Shown: positions 14,929 through 28,250 of the stretch, one piece after another | Layout of the letters: each line of letters begins with the position of its first letter | Position numbering within the stretch: position 1 is the stretch's first letter | NCBI RefSeq assembly: GCF_009914755.1 | Contig: NC_060926.1 | Length of the DNA: 64,000 nucleotides | Reading direction: 5' to 3' (one strand) | From: the human T2T-CHM13v2.0 reference genome, Homo sapiens | The notes under the pieces: generated by a model | Database searches by the model: none | What the model saw: the letters and a program-made list of their open reading frames with translations, nothing else | Told to the model about the DNA's origin: nothing | Program-made: the position numbers and the translations under genes

Positions 14929-16765
14929 GTATCTTATATTCATAGAGCGCTTTTCACTTTTTCAAATTCTTTAAAACATATTAAATTCACCGGTTCTCGC
15001 AACTCTGAGGAAGTCTAAAGCAGTACCCCTCAAGTGTGGTCTGCAGACGTTTACCAATCCACAGCAAGGTAGGTATGAAAACAGAGAATGAAGGTACAGA
15101 AACTGTTAGAGCAATCTGAAAGAGCCATTTTGCATCTATTAAATTTGATAATGACAATTGGGGGTTTTATGTTGTATGTTATTTTAATTTTATTTTTTCT
15201 ATTATTTTCTCAAGTTATAAATTATTTTAATGAGAACTATATTACCTTGTATTTTGCAGAGTAACTGAATTGAATATTGACATAGAAAAACATGTATTGC
15301 TCCAAAATGAAAAGATTCTCTGTCTCTCTCTCCTCTCTCTCCTTAACATATAAACCTTCTGAACTCCATATGGAAAAGATGTTTACTAACCCAGAAAGGA
15401 ATAGTTGCCATTTAATACAAAAGGTCAACAGTGCTGCCTCTGACATCAGACTATTGTGCTTTAATTTCTGCCTCTCCTACTTGCTAACTGTGATTTTGGG
15501 AAACTATCTACTCTGTGGCTTTTTTATTAACTGTTAAATAATAATAATATAATCTTCATCAAACCTCTCTTATAGGGTTTCTGTGAGTATATAAAAATTG
15601 TCTACAAGAGGACCTTTCACATAGTAGGCACTCAACATTAATTAATAATTTTAAAAAACAATTAGCCAAATCAGGAGTACAATAAAACAACCCAGATTTT
15701 CTTACGTTAAAATGTTCCAATTATTTATGATTATTAATTTGAAAATGATCTTCTTAACAGCAGGGCTGTACCGTATCTCAACGGTGGGACTGTGCTCTAT
15801 CACTCTTTGCAACCCTTGAATCTATGCTAGTACCTGGCATGTTGTCAGCACCTGATAAATATGACTGGAACACCCCTCCCCAAGAGCTGGCATGCCCGGC
15901 TCTTCTCAGCGCCCAGCCATCCAGTATTAACTTTCAAAGTCCTGGCCTCAGAGACTCATTCAGGCACCATCCAGTTAAAAAGCAGCTCATCATTCTCCGT
16001 CACTGTCTGGCCCATTACCTGATTTATTTTCCTCACATCTCTCATCGTCTCCTCAAATGATCTTTTCCATTATTTGTTTACTTATGTACTATTTTTTTTC
16101 CTTCTTGCTAGAATATAAGGGTCATAGACTCAGGAAACCTGCTTGTATATTTATTTGTCGGATCATCACCTCGGGGCCCAATATAGTGTCAGGACCATAG
16201 TTCTGTAGTTTCTGTTTATTTTTTTATTGTATTTTAAGAAAGTCTCAATTCACAGTTTAAAATTGAAAATTTAAAAACAGTAAAACACAAGTGTGGTCCT
16301 TCACCACGGATAGTTTGAGAGATGCTGGTTTAATGGGCTTATTCACTATTTCCACACATATATAAACTGAGCTGCAGGGACGTTCAGAAACATACCCAAA
16401 GGCTGATAAGGGTTGACAGCATAAAACCTGAAAAAAATCCAGGGCCATGGACTCCTGGGCTCCTGTTCTGTGCTCTCCTCCTGCTGCTAAATCCCTTGCC
16501 TTTAGCAGGATAATACATTGAGCCTCTCAGGCTGTATAGATATGTGAGTTATTAACGTTTTTTATTGCAGGTGACCAGCAATGCTCCCCTATTCTGAACA
16601 TTTCCTGATACCAGTGCAACAGGTGACAACCCCAAAGTTGCGCTGAAACAGTCGGGGGTTCCATTGCTGACTCTCTTGAACCAGGCCAGGATTTTCATTA
16701 GTACTGGATTTGCCTTGCTGAATAAACATGCTTATTTCGTTTTAATATATTAGGCTTTGCTATTC

Positions 16766-16833
16766 CGAACTAGATTAAATTGTCAATCATCTCCCCCATC
16801 GAACTAGATTAAATTGTCAATCATCTCCCCCAT
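16766..16833. repeat. Perfect 34-bp tandem duplication
   Basis: CGAACTAGATTAAATTGTCAATCATCTCCCCCAT at 16766-16799 and 16800-16833. Confidence 0.97.
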
Positions 16834-17621
16834 ATTTCATATTGTTTCCTCTGGGCAGGGGAATGTGTGATGTTACACATGTCTAGCCAATAAAACAGCC
16901 CTCTGGATTGAAATCTGTTCAGGACATATAGCAAGATGTCAAATTAATTGTACCGAAATAATGAGTTAGCACCAAATGCTAATTAAATATTGATGAAAGT
17001 CATCCTTTCAATTATCTTCATTATGGCCCCATGGTTTATGTTGGCATTAAGTGCTTGCAGTATGGGTATGTCTGGTAATTAGCGGTGCACTATAAAAAAA
17101 AAACCCCAAGTTATCACCCTCCATATTAAAAGCACTTAGAAACCACTTGGAAAATGGAAACTCTGAAAAGAGGCAGCACTTTTTTTCTGAAATTGTTTGA
17201 AATTCTATGAATTCAGTATTTCCTATTTGTACTGGGTACAAATTTCCTAAAGTACTAAATAGTTCTTGATTTGTTTATTTATTTTTTAAACTGGGTGCAT
17301 TAGAAGTCGGAGGGCCACTGAGGTTCTGGATGAACTCTGCTGATTCATGTTTTTTGCTACTCAGGTTAACTTTTGACATCTTCTTAAACACTTCTACTGC
17401 CTTTTACTTTTCTCCTGCCTGTAGACCAAATGGCTGCCTCTGGCAAATATGATCATTATTATCATCTAGTGAATTGTGACTATGAAGCTTCTCACAGCAC
17501 AATCTCGGCACTACCAGCATTAGAATCATCAGGGTTAATAATTAATATGCAGATTCCTGGGGCCCCACGGGTGAACCAACAAAGGAGAAATCCAGGGATG
17601 TGGACATTAAAGTTTGTCTAG

Positions 17622-17983
<362 letters not shown>

Positions 17984-18204
17984 AACTCAGTGTCTTTAAT
18001 CCTGCCTGAATATTGGAATCGACCTGGGGTCTTTGAAGACATTCTGATTTAATAGGTCTTAAGTGATGCCAGAGTATATATGTGTATGTGTGGAACACGT
18101 GCACACACAAACTCACACACACGCATGCATGCACACTGTCTCTTTTTGGTGATTCTTTTGGCTTGGGTGGGGAATCACTATGATAGGTTCTTTAGCAATA
18201 AGTG

Positions 18205-18597
18205 CAGGAATATTATTCAACCTTAAAAAGGAAGGACATGCTGACGCATACTAAAACATAGGTGAAACTTGAGAACGTTATGCTAGGTGAAATAAGCCAG
18301 TTACAAAAGACAAACACTGTACAGTTCCACTTACATGAGGGACCCAGAGTCATCAAAGTCAAAGAGACAGAGAGCAGAATGGTGGTTGCCAGGGGTTGGG
18401 GGCAGAGGGAAATGGGGGATTTTTTGTTTAATGGGTACAGAGCTTCAGTTTTACAAGGTGAAAAGAGTTGTGAATATCGATGGGAGGTGATGGTTGTGCA
18501 ATATTGTGAATGTATTTAACACCACTGAACTGTACATTTAAAAATGATTAAGATGATACATTTTACACTTTGTGTATTATGCAAAAATAAAAAATAA
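18205..18597 (+). mobile_element. L1MB 3' end
   Basis: GGAATATTATTCAACCTTAAAAAGGAAGGA...GAATGGTGGTTGCCAGGGG...GAACTGTACATTTAAAAATG followed by an A-rich end. Confidence 0.85.
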
Positions 18598-20569
18598 CTG
18601 GGAAAAATGAAAACAGTATGTGCACTCTGCTATGCTGTCTGCTTGGAAGGAGGTTCTTCCTCGAGAGAGCCACGTGGCACATCCCTTCAGCTCCTTCAGA
18701 TCTCAGCTCGAACGAGGCCATCTCCGAGAGGCCTTCCCTGACCTCCCTATAGAAAATGGCAGCACCCTCCACCTGATTCTGGGACTCCCTATGCCTCTAC
18801 CATGTTATAGATTTCTTCTTAGCCCTTATGACCATCCCAACTGTGCCTAAAATAGACCCCATTACATAACAAGAACAAAATAACTATTTCTTAAATGAAT
18901 AAATAAATCATTTCATTTCACAATAATTTTGCAAGGTATGTATTATTATCATTATTATAAAAATAATCTCAAAACATTTAACTGCAATCATGTTGTGGAG
19001 TGTGGACTTCAACTCAAGTGTGTCTCTGGCTCCAAATCTATGCTTTCTTCACTCATGATGCTCCTTCTTTGGTCTTCTAATTGCATCTTCCTTTGGCTGA
19101 CACTCAGATCCCCAAAGAAGGAGGGTTAGCTGACCAACCATGTGGGGAAGTTTGAGGGATCCCCAAAGGTAAATATGACCACCACCAAATCCTTCACCTG
19201 AATGCCTTCAATGTTCAAACACTTTTCACTTCAAATAGGCACAGGTATCTTCTTATATAAGAGCAAGTCTACAGAAACGAACTGGATTTGCAGAATTTGG
19301 TATATAGAGATAAGAAATGAGGTAGGATTTGTTATCAGTGAGAATTGTTTACTGAGGAGCTAGGTTATGTCATCTCTTCTGAGGGTTGTTCATCTAGATT
19401 GAGTTATGGTTGAAAAGAGGGAATGGACTAGAAAATTTCTGAAGGAAGTGTTCTTGATTCCTCCGAGGAGCCAGAACCTAGTCCCATTCCTGCCATGTAT
19501 CCGTTGCTATGAAAATTTGAGATGGTTGCACCTTTGGCTGTGAGTTGATTTCCAACACACGCTGAAGGAAGGTGCTTGCTTGACAGGGTCCAAGTTTCCC
19601 CCAGATGTTGGGAAATTGTGTCAGTATGGAAAAACAAATGGATCTGGGTGTGAAAAACTGTTTCATTAAGAAGAATTCTCCAAATAAGCCACCTAGAGAG
19701 GAATGTGATCAGCAATTATGCTGCAGAAGGACGAGTTGTGAGTCAATTCACAAGTTTGGGGAATCAGACCAGGGGGCAAGGGGTCTTTGCAATTCAACTG
19801 TCCAAATTTTTCCTACCCTCCAGCATTGCAAGGTCAGAAACTCCACTCTGGGTGTTTGCTCTTCTAGGTTAAGTGTCACTCTCAAAGTCTCCACTTTTAA
19901 ACTATTAGCCCGTGGGATGACACGAGCACCATGGGATGATGAAAAGGGTGTCAGACCAGAGCAAGAATAGCTGAGTGACCTTTAAAAAGGTATTTAGGGG
20001 TTTTGTTGTGCTTCAGTTTATTTATTTGTAAAAACATTGGAATGGTATAGGCTAGGGGCGATGTATAAAAAGTGACTGGCACACCAGACAAGTGATTGAT
20101 GCACATTTGGCAGTAGCTGCTTCTGTCATTGTTACACCAAGAGATGCCAGGGTATTTGGAGTTTGAAGGATAAAAATCAAGGACTAAGTGTCATTCAGGG
20201 GAATTGAGACTCATGGAATTTTTCTCCACTGAAGTGATATATTCTGGTAAATGATTGCTGCCTGGAAAATTAGCCCAGTTGGAGGTGTGTCATGCAATTC
20301 TAAAAAGCAACCCTTACCTGGCCTGGCAAACAGGTGATGACCTATGCTATGTGAAAAATTCCTGCCAGAAGAGTTCTCTGCCCTCAAACCGCACTCCTCT
20401 ATTCGTTGTTAGTGATGAATTTTTTTTCTGAGTGCCAGTTAATATGCATCCTGTTAAAAATGTGAATACACTTATGTGCTGGGCATTTGCCTGCTTGTTT
20501 TCAGATGCATCCCTTCCAACATAAAACAAGCTCAGGGGGAGAATCAGATGCTGTTGGGACAACCCAGCA

Positions 20570-20780
20570 TAGAGTCATGGAACATTATGAACTTGGAGTC
20601 TGGAAGCCCTGGGCACATATGATGAACCCTGACTATCAGTTATTGGCTGTGTGACTTTACACAAGTTACTTAACTTCTCTGAGCCTCAGTTTCCTCATCT
20701 GTAAAACTGAGGTAATGAAATCCCCTTCCTAGGTTGTCATGAGCACTAAATGAAATAACATACAAACACACTAATACTGG
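20570..20780 (+). mobile_element. MIR
   Basis: MIR core GTGACTT..CAAGTTACTTAACTTCTCTGAGCCTCAGTTTCCTCATCTGTAAAA. Confidence 0.85.
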
Positions 20781-21510
20781 CTGGTCTCCAGGAAAGGCTC
20801 ATGTGAGGGGGCTGCTATTAGAATCACTTGCAACATGTGAAAGGGTCTGGCAGAGACTCATAGTAAATATTCCGTAAATCTCATTAAAAATTAATTTGAT
20901 TCTATAGCTGTTTTATGTTTATTCATTGAGTTGAGACAGAAATAGGAGAAAAAGAGAGCATTAGAGAGAGTTGGTTCTGTCGATTAAGACTTCTGGCTTC
21001 AGACATAGACAAAAACATTCTGTATTTTGGTTATGGCTCTTGTTACTCCTGGACTCAAACCTCGAGTGGTTTCTGTCTTACTCAGAGATAAACCAAAGTC
21101 CTCACCTTGGTCTGCAAGTCCACGCATGATTTAGCCCAGGCCGCTTCCTTAGCATCAACTCTTGTCACATTCCCCTTGCTCAGTGCATTCCATCTATGCC
21201 GGCCTTTGTGCTATTCCTAGAACAGAACAAGGAATTGCACCTCAGGCTCTTTACAATTTTCAGTTCCGTCTGTCTGGACTACTCTTCTTCATCCCCATCT
21301 TTATGGCTAGATTCCTCACTTCACGCGGGTCTGTACTAAAACATCACCTCCACAGAGAGGCCTTCCTTGCCCACTATATGTAAAACAGCACTCTCTTTGC
21401 AGCACTCTCCCACCTCCTCTCCCTGCTCAATGTATCCTCCTAGGCTTTAGCTACAGCATATGTCTGCTTATTTTATTATCTGCCTACCCTTATTAGAAAG
21501 TAATCTCCAT

Positions 21511-21855
<345 letters not shown>

Positions 21856-22639
21856 TTAGAAGAGTACCAACACTTAGGAAATGATCCCTTAATATGTGTC
21901 AAACGAATTAATGAATAAGGACAAGGGGTGAGAAGGGAAAGGGAACTGACATTGTTGAGCTCTTGCCCTTTGCTGGGTGATGTGCCAGGCTTCCTCACCA
22001 CTCTGTAGGATAGTCATGTTCTCACCACTACACACGTGGGCTCAAGACTCAGAAAATAAGTAGCTGCAAGTGCAAAGTCAAAATGTCCAAAATTACAGTC
22101 ATGATCTTCCCTTCAACCTGTCTTGCTTCCAGTGCAGCCTAACTCAGTGAATGGCAGTGTCCTCTTACCAGTTGCTCAGACCAGAAACCTAGGCATCTTC
22201 CCCTGTGCACTCCCCTCCCTCATTGCCTATATCTAATCCATCACGAAGTCTTATTGATTTTGCCTCCTAAATACCTCTCAAGTCCATCTGCTTCTCTTCA
22301 TGTTTACAGTTAACACTCTAAGTCAAGGAATCATTATTTTTCACTTAGATCTTGCAACAGCCTTTTAATTGACTCCCTTTTGCCATGATTGCCCCTCTAA
22401 TAATTCATTCTTTTCAAAGAAACCTGAGCAATCATTACAAAATGTAGAACTGATTATGCCCTGCCCTCCTCTCTTGCTTAGATATTTCAATGATTTCCCA
22501 TGTTCTTACCATAACACCAATGTCCTAGATTTGGTCCATCAGGCTGGGAGCCATCTTCCTTTGCCTCCTTTCTACCAATTTCCACTCTGCTCACTAGGTA
22601 CTGGCCATGCTGATCCTGTGACATGTTTTAATTTAATTT

Positions 22640-22785
22640 AATTTTGTTTTTTAATTTTTATTTTTAGTAGAGACAAGGTCTTACTATGTTGCCTAGGCTG
22701 GTATCGAACTCCTGGCCTCAAGCGATCCTCCCATCTCAGCCTCCCAAAGAGCTGGGATTACCACTGTGAGCCATCTCGCCTGGCC
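22640..22785 (-). mobile_element. Alu monomer (FLAM-like)
   Basis: Left-arm-only reverse Alu containing CTCCTGGCCTCAAGCGATCC. Confidence 0.8.
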
Positions 22786-24293
22786 CTTGTGCCATGTTTT
22801 TAAATATTCCAGGTACCTCCTCAGTTCACCCAGCACATTCTCATCACCCTCATTCCTTGTCCAGCTTTGGTGAGTTAATTCCTCATCCTTTAGGTTTCAG
22901 ATCAATCATATTTTGAAAGTGTTTCCTGATCCCACAGCCTAGACTGATATGAACCATCATGGAACAACTGGCTTCTCCTTCAGGAAGTTTTTCACAATTG
23001 TAACCAAGGAATTGTAAAATTATGCCTGTCTTTCCTTCTACACTATAAGCTCCTTGAAATGGTGTCCTCTACATCTATCTTAAGGCTGTTTTTCCAGCAC
23101 TTAGTGTAGTATTGCACAAAGAAAGCCCTTGGTAAGTAGTGTTGAGTTAATGAATGTAGCCCCATTTTGAATGATGAACCCAATAAGCCTAGACCCTGGC
23201 TTTGAACCTAAGGCTGCATGACTCCTAACTACACCAGGGTTCTTTGCAAAGGTACCGAGGTGAAAGGGCTGCCAAGGGACTATAGCGCAGTGGAGGAGGG
23301 AATTCCCAGCAGTCTGCAAAGTCCTGCCTGAAAGCAGGACCCAGGATGCACCTACGTGTGGGTCCAGTCCCAGACCAGGTGAACACAAGTGCTGTGTTCT
23401 CCCCCCATCACCTGGCTCCTTGGCTGGTTTAGATTTTCATTACTGGAGTTCACTTTTGTTTTTTTCCTTCTGTCTACTTTTGCAGCCTTGACAGAATATC
23501 ACCTTTTAGGAGGTGCACTGCCTCATTTTGAGCTGTTAAGATAAGGGATGTGAAAGCTTAATTGATGGAGAGTGACGAGATAGGTACACCTGAAAATGAG
23601 GTGTGTGAGAGGAAATTCAATTTGTGGCGATGGTGACAGCTGAAACAGGGCTAGGCTGTTCAAGGACAGCTAGAATTAATTAATTAATTAGTTCATTCAT
23701 TCATACATTCATTCATTCATACTGTGTCACTAGACACTGATATAACATGAAGTGTACAAGGAAAAAAAAGAAACATGTCACTATCTTCATGGATCTTATG
23801 TGTTAGTGTGAGAGAGACAATAAACAAATAATAATTAAATACATAGCAACATTAGGTGATGGTAAACACTTCGAAGAAAAATAGATGAGAGGGATTGAAG
23901 TGGAGCTGGGTTTTTTTAGATGAGTCATCAGAGAAGGCCTCTTGAGGAGGTGACATTTAAGTAAAGATTTAATGAAGCAGGCCATATGAATACAGAAAGA
24001 CTTCAAGCAGAAGAAATAAGTGGCATAGAAAGGAGTTTGGTTCATGCTTTAGTTAGAGGAGGCTAAATGCTTTAATAAATACCACCCACCCCACCACCAA
24101 AACTCAGCAGCTTGACACAAAAGAAGTTTGTCCCTTGCTCACAGCAGGGACTAGTGTGGCTTAGTGTGGCAGGGACTAATGTGGCTTAGTGGGCGTGGGG
24201 CCATGTATTCCTCCAAACATCTAGGTGTCTCTACAGCCGTTTAGGATCTTGAGTCCTCTGCCAGATCTTCTGCATCTCATTGGCTGATGAGGG

Positions 24294-24842
24294 TGTTATA
24301 AATAAAGTTTCAGTGCCGCAAAACAAATAGCACTCGAATATAAAATTTTCTTTGTAATTCTCAGCAACGCAATGTACTTGTATAGAAGGGTGCACCCTTA
24401 CAGATGCAACAATGGTGAGCACACACTTGGACAAGGGAGAGGAAGGGGATCTTATCCCTGATGCATGTGGCCCCTGTTGCTGTGTCGTTCCCCTGTTGGC
24501 TAGGGTTAGACTGCGCAGGCTAAACTAATTCCGATTGGCTAATTTAAAGAGAGTGACGGCGTGAGTGGTTTGGCCGGAAAAGTGGTTATGGCAGAGCAGG
24601 AAATCGGAATGAGTCAGGGTGGAGAATGAGCAGGTAATCGGAATGAGTCAGGGTGGAGCAGATGATTGTAATGAGTCAGGGTGGAGTAGGTAATCGGAAT
24701 GAGTCAGGGTGAAGCAGGTAATGGAAAAATGTTGCTTTACAAGGAAGTTAAGTTTAAAAGTAGAAGGCAGGCAAAGAATTGAACATACCGACATACTGAC
24801 ATACTGATTCTTTGAAGAGAAATTTAAAACTCCTATCTAACA
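24294..24842 (-). mobile_element. LTR10A/F (HERV-I family) solo LTR with AP-1 tandem repeat
   Basis: Minus strand starts TGTTAGATAGGAGTTTTAAATTTCTCTTCAAAGAATCAG and contains CCACCCTGACTCATT repeats; TG/CA ends; perfect 4-bp TSD AGGG (24290-24293, 24843-24846). Confidence 0.9.
24595..24722. promoter_or_regulatory. Array of four AP-1 (TGAGTCA) sites in the LTR10 28-34 bp repeat
   Basis: TGAGTCA at 24610, 24644, 24672 and 24700. Confidence 0.7.
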
Positions 24843-25089
24843 AGGGAAATGGATCATGTGGCAGTTTCTACCAGTTAGGTCTGCAAATGTTATGTGTCAC
24901 TTATGTTCTTATTCCACTGGCCAGAACTTAATCACATGCTACCCCTAATGGCAAGGAAGACTGGAATATGCAACTTGGCTGTGTGTCCAGTAGAAAGAGG
25001 ATCGAGGCTTGGTAAACAGCTACTCAATCTCCTCAGGAGATATGAAAAATATGCAAAAGGCCAGAATGAGTGTTGCTGAGTGAATAAAA

Positions 25090-25770
25090 GATGAATTCAA
25101 GAGGTGGGCAAGTGCTAGGGCAGGTAAGGTCTTGAGGTCATGCTAGGGACTTTGTATTGTTTTCCTAAGTAAATTGGGATGCTACTGGAGGATTTTAAAT
25201 AAAGTGATAGGCTTAGATTTAAATATTTAAAAACACCTTAAAATCTCTTTGGAGACTATCTAGAGGGGGTAAGAAAGGCTATGGCAATCTTTCATGGGAG
25301 AAATGATACCATCGAGCAGATCATGGCTGTGGTGAAGTGCTGAGAAGTTTGATTTGGAAAATATTTTTGAGGGAAAAACCAACATAAGTTCTGTCAAATT
25401 GGATGTGGAGAATGAAAGAAAGAGAGGGAGAGGAATCAATGAAGTGTGCTGTTTGTTGTAGGCCCTAGGTAAATGGTTGTGTCATTTACTGAGATGGGGA
25501 AGAATAGAGAGGGTATGGAGACAGACATGAAGGAGTCTTTTCTAGACGTTTAGTTTATAAAGCCTACGAAGTAGCCAGCTGACGATATCAAGTGGGCAAT
25601 TGGAGATGGGGAGCTCATAGTGGGAGAAAAGGGAGACTGGGGCTGGAGCAATACAGTGTGTAGTTATCAGTGTGTTGGTATATGAAACCAATAAAAACAG
25701 ACCACTGTCAGTAGAGAAGAGAAGAATTTTGAGGGCCAAGCCCAGGAGTATTCCAACATTTAAAGCTCAA
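25090..25770 (-). mobile_element. L2 fragment
   Basis: Purine-rich L2-like motifs (GTGTCATTTACTGAGATGGGGA, GATATCAAGTGGGCAATTGG). Confidence 0.6.
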
Positions 25771-26476
25771 ATCATAGGCTCATGGACTCAGAAATAAAAA
25801 GGCTCTAAGAGGTTATGAGGTCCAACCCCTTGTTTTTTCAGCAAAGAAATGAAAGCCCAAATGGTTAAACTGCTCATACAAGGTCAATTTGTGCTGCAGA
25901 ATCAGGCAATAATCCAGACCCTTGGGTTACATGCCTGTTTCTTCTTAATCTATCTTATAATCAAAATAGTAATTCCTGGGATGAAGGATAAGAGAGTGAG
26001 GGGATCAATGGGATAAGAGGAAAAGAGAGGAAAACAAACTGCTGGACCATCTGTTTGCCTTCATCCTTGCAATAGGTGCAGAACACATACTATGTGAAGC
26101 ACACAGTTTTAGGTGACTTTTGTATTATTTCAACTATAAGGGGGAAGGGAGAGAACTAAACATCAGCCAATACTGCAGGAACATTGCAGGAAACACATTT
26201 CAGATTCAACTGAGGGAGAACGTGATGAGTTCCTAAAAGACAAAGAAAACTCTCTCCATTGTCTTCATATTATAAAGCAGAAATTACTCTGTGTCTTCCC
26301 TTGTCTGAGGGCTCCATATTTAGGGTATGGTTGGCGATGAGGGGAGGTGAGGGCATGGCAAGAACGTAAAGGAAGCCATGAGGGAGGTGAAAACAGGGAA
26401 TATGGCATTAAGGGCAGTTCCCACCTAATCAAATTGGGAGGAGGGTAAATTTGGAGACTAAAAAATAACTACAGAT

Positions 26477-26768
<292 letters not shown>

Positions 26769-27377
26769 AACTACAAATAGTGATAAGATTAACAGTATAC
26801 CAAGAAAATACTCAGGATGAGAAATAAAGTGCATGTAGTGGAGAGAAAAATGAACCTCACCAGGGAGGAGAGGGAGAATATTCCTATCTGCTGCCTCTGA
26901 TTATCGTCGTGGGTGAACCAGGCAATTGCAAATAATTTAACTCCATCATTCCTTCTGGATTTGTGAATTGGAAATCTACTGCAGGGTGGAGTTTGCTCTT
27001 CGCCTTCATTTTTTTATTCATTTACATCAGCGTGTACTCACGGGTTCTTAGTTTACTCCAGGGGTTACAATATGTTACAGTCATTATTTAACACTCCAAT
27101 TGGCCTGGACTTTGCCAAGGGGAGCCTCTTTAAGCTGGTTCCTGTGCCCCTTTGATATCCCCATCATTACTCTCTGGCACAAAATGTTTTCATTTCATTA
27201 TGAATTTTTCATTCCAGGCCCTAGCCCTGGAGAGACCCATTTCTCCAAGAAGACTTGGTTTCTTTTAATGGAGAAAGATATTAAGAAACAAGATGTGATC
27301 TCCAGTGTTGTTGCTTCCAGAGTCTCTCATAGGGCAGTGCTAGGAAATCTATGTAGGTATGCACATATATACACCTG

Positions 27378-27399
27378 TATCTGTATCTATCTATCTATC

Positions 27400-27450
<51 letters not shown>

Positions 27451-27518
27451 ATCTATCTATCTATCTATCATCTATCTATCTATCTATCATCTATCTATCC
27501 ATCTATCTATCATCTATC

Positions 27519-27566
<48 letters not shown>
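27378..27566. repeat. Complex (TATC)n/(ATC) tetranucleotide microsatellite
   Basis: About 190 bp of TATC repeats with ATC interruptions, inside an old L1 fragment. Confidence 0.97.
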
Positions 27567-28250
27567 GAAGTCAGTTTATCTATTATAAGCCAATTTGGTC
27601 CAGCACTATAAGACTTATTAGCATTCTATTTTTCTTAATTGTAATTCCCTTATCTGACAATGAAAAACCAGAGTCTCATTATTCTCAAAATATTTATTCA
27701 ATTGCTGAATCTGCTGGCTGCACCAGCTGAAAATAAGGTCCTGGATATGCTGGTGCCTCCCATCACAATTCCAGCCTCACCGAGTATAGGTATGCTGAGT
27801 ATACGTTGAACCTGATGAAGGGCAAGGGGAAGGAGGAAGCCGCCTATTATTTGAGAAACTGTCATTGAAGGGGTTTCTCTCATGTGCTTCCAGCTATATC
27901 CTCCCTGCTTGTTTTTTTTTTGTTTTCTCCTCTATTGTCCACTTCTGTGGCTTGCAAGGCCGTTTGTTGAGACTTTACTGTTACAATTGCCACAGGGTGA
28001 GCACAGTTTTGCTCTCAGAGCCAGTGTTGCTCAGCAAACCTGCAGCCCCAGGACACAGTGCCCCATGCTCTCTGCTCTGCCCTCTTTCCACCTCTCACCC
28101 CAAGGCCACTCAGCCTAAGCTCAGAAGGACAGGGATCCATCAGCTTCTGGCTCTCACCTTGCCCTGATGTCTCTCCCTTACTTTCCTTAAACAACAAGGA
28201 AACACACCAACAAAACCAGTTTTATTTGTTTCTGGGTCTTGTCTTATAAT

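Larger units (their letters stand above)
24048..25030. mobile_element. MLT1-type MaLR LTR (host of LTR10)
   Basis: AAACTCAGCAGCTTGACACAA...CCACTGGCCAGAACTTAATCACATG...GGAAGACTGG motifs on both sides of the LTR10. Confidence 0.6.

Noticed and set aside
19428-19970. Cluster of 60-120 aa ORFs on both strands
   Set aside because: No recognisable homology, splice context or coding-like composition.
24145-24192. Short tandem duplications (also near 13144-13180 and 47740-47772)
   Set aside because: Ordinary slippage products with no sign of function.
24595-24722. 28-34 bp periodic repeat as a CRISPR array
   Set aside because: No unique spacers; it is the known LTR10 internal tandem repeat.
27100-27588. 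162-aa ORF with (SIYL)n
   Set aside because: Translation of the TATC microsatellite and an old L1 fragment.
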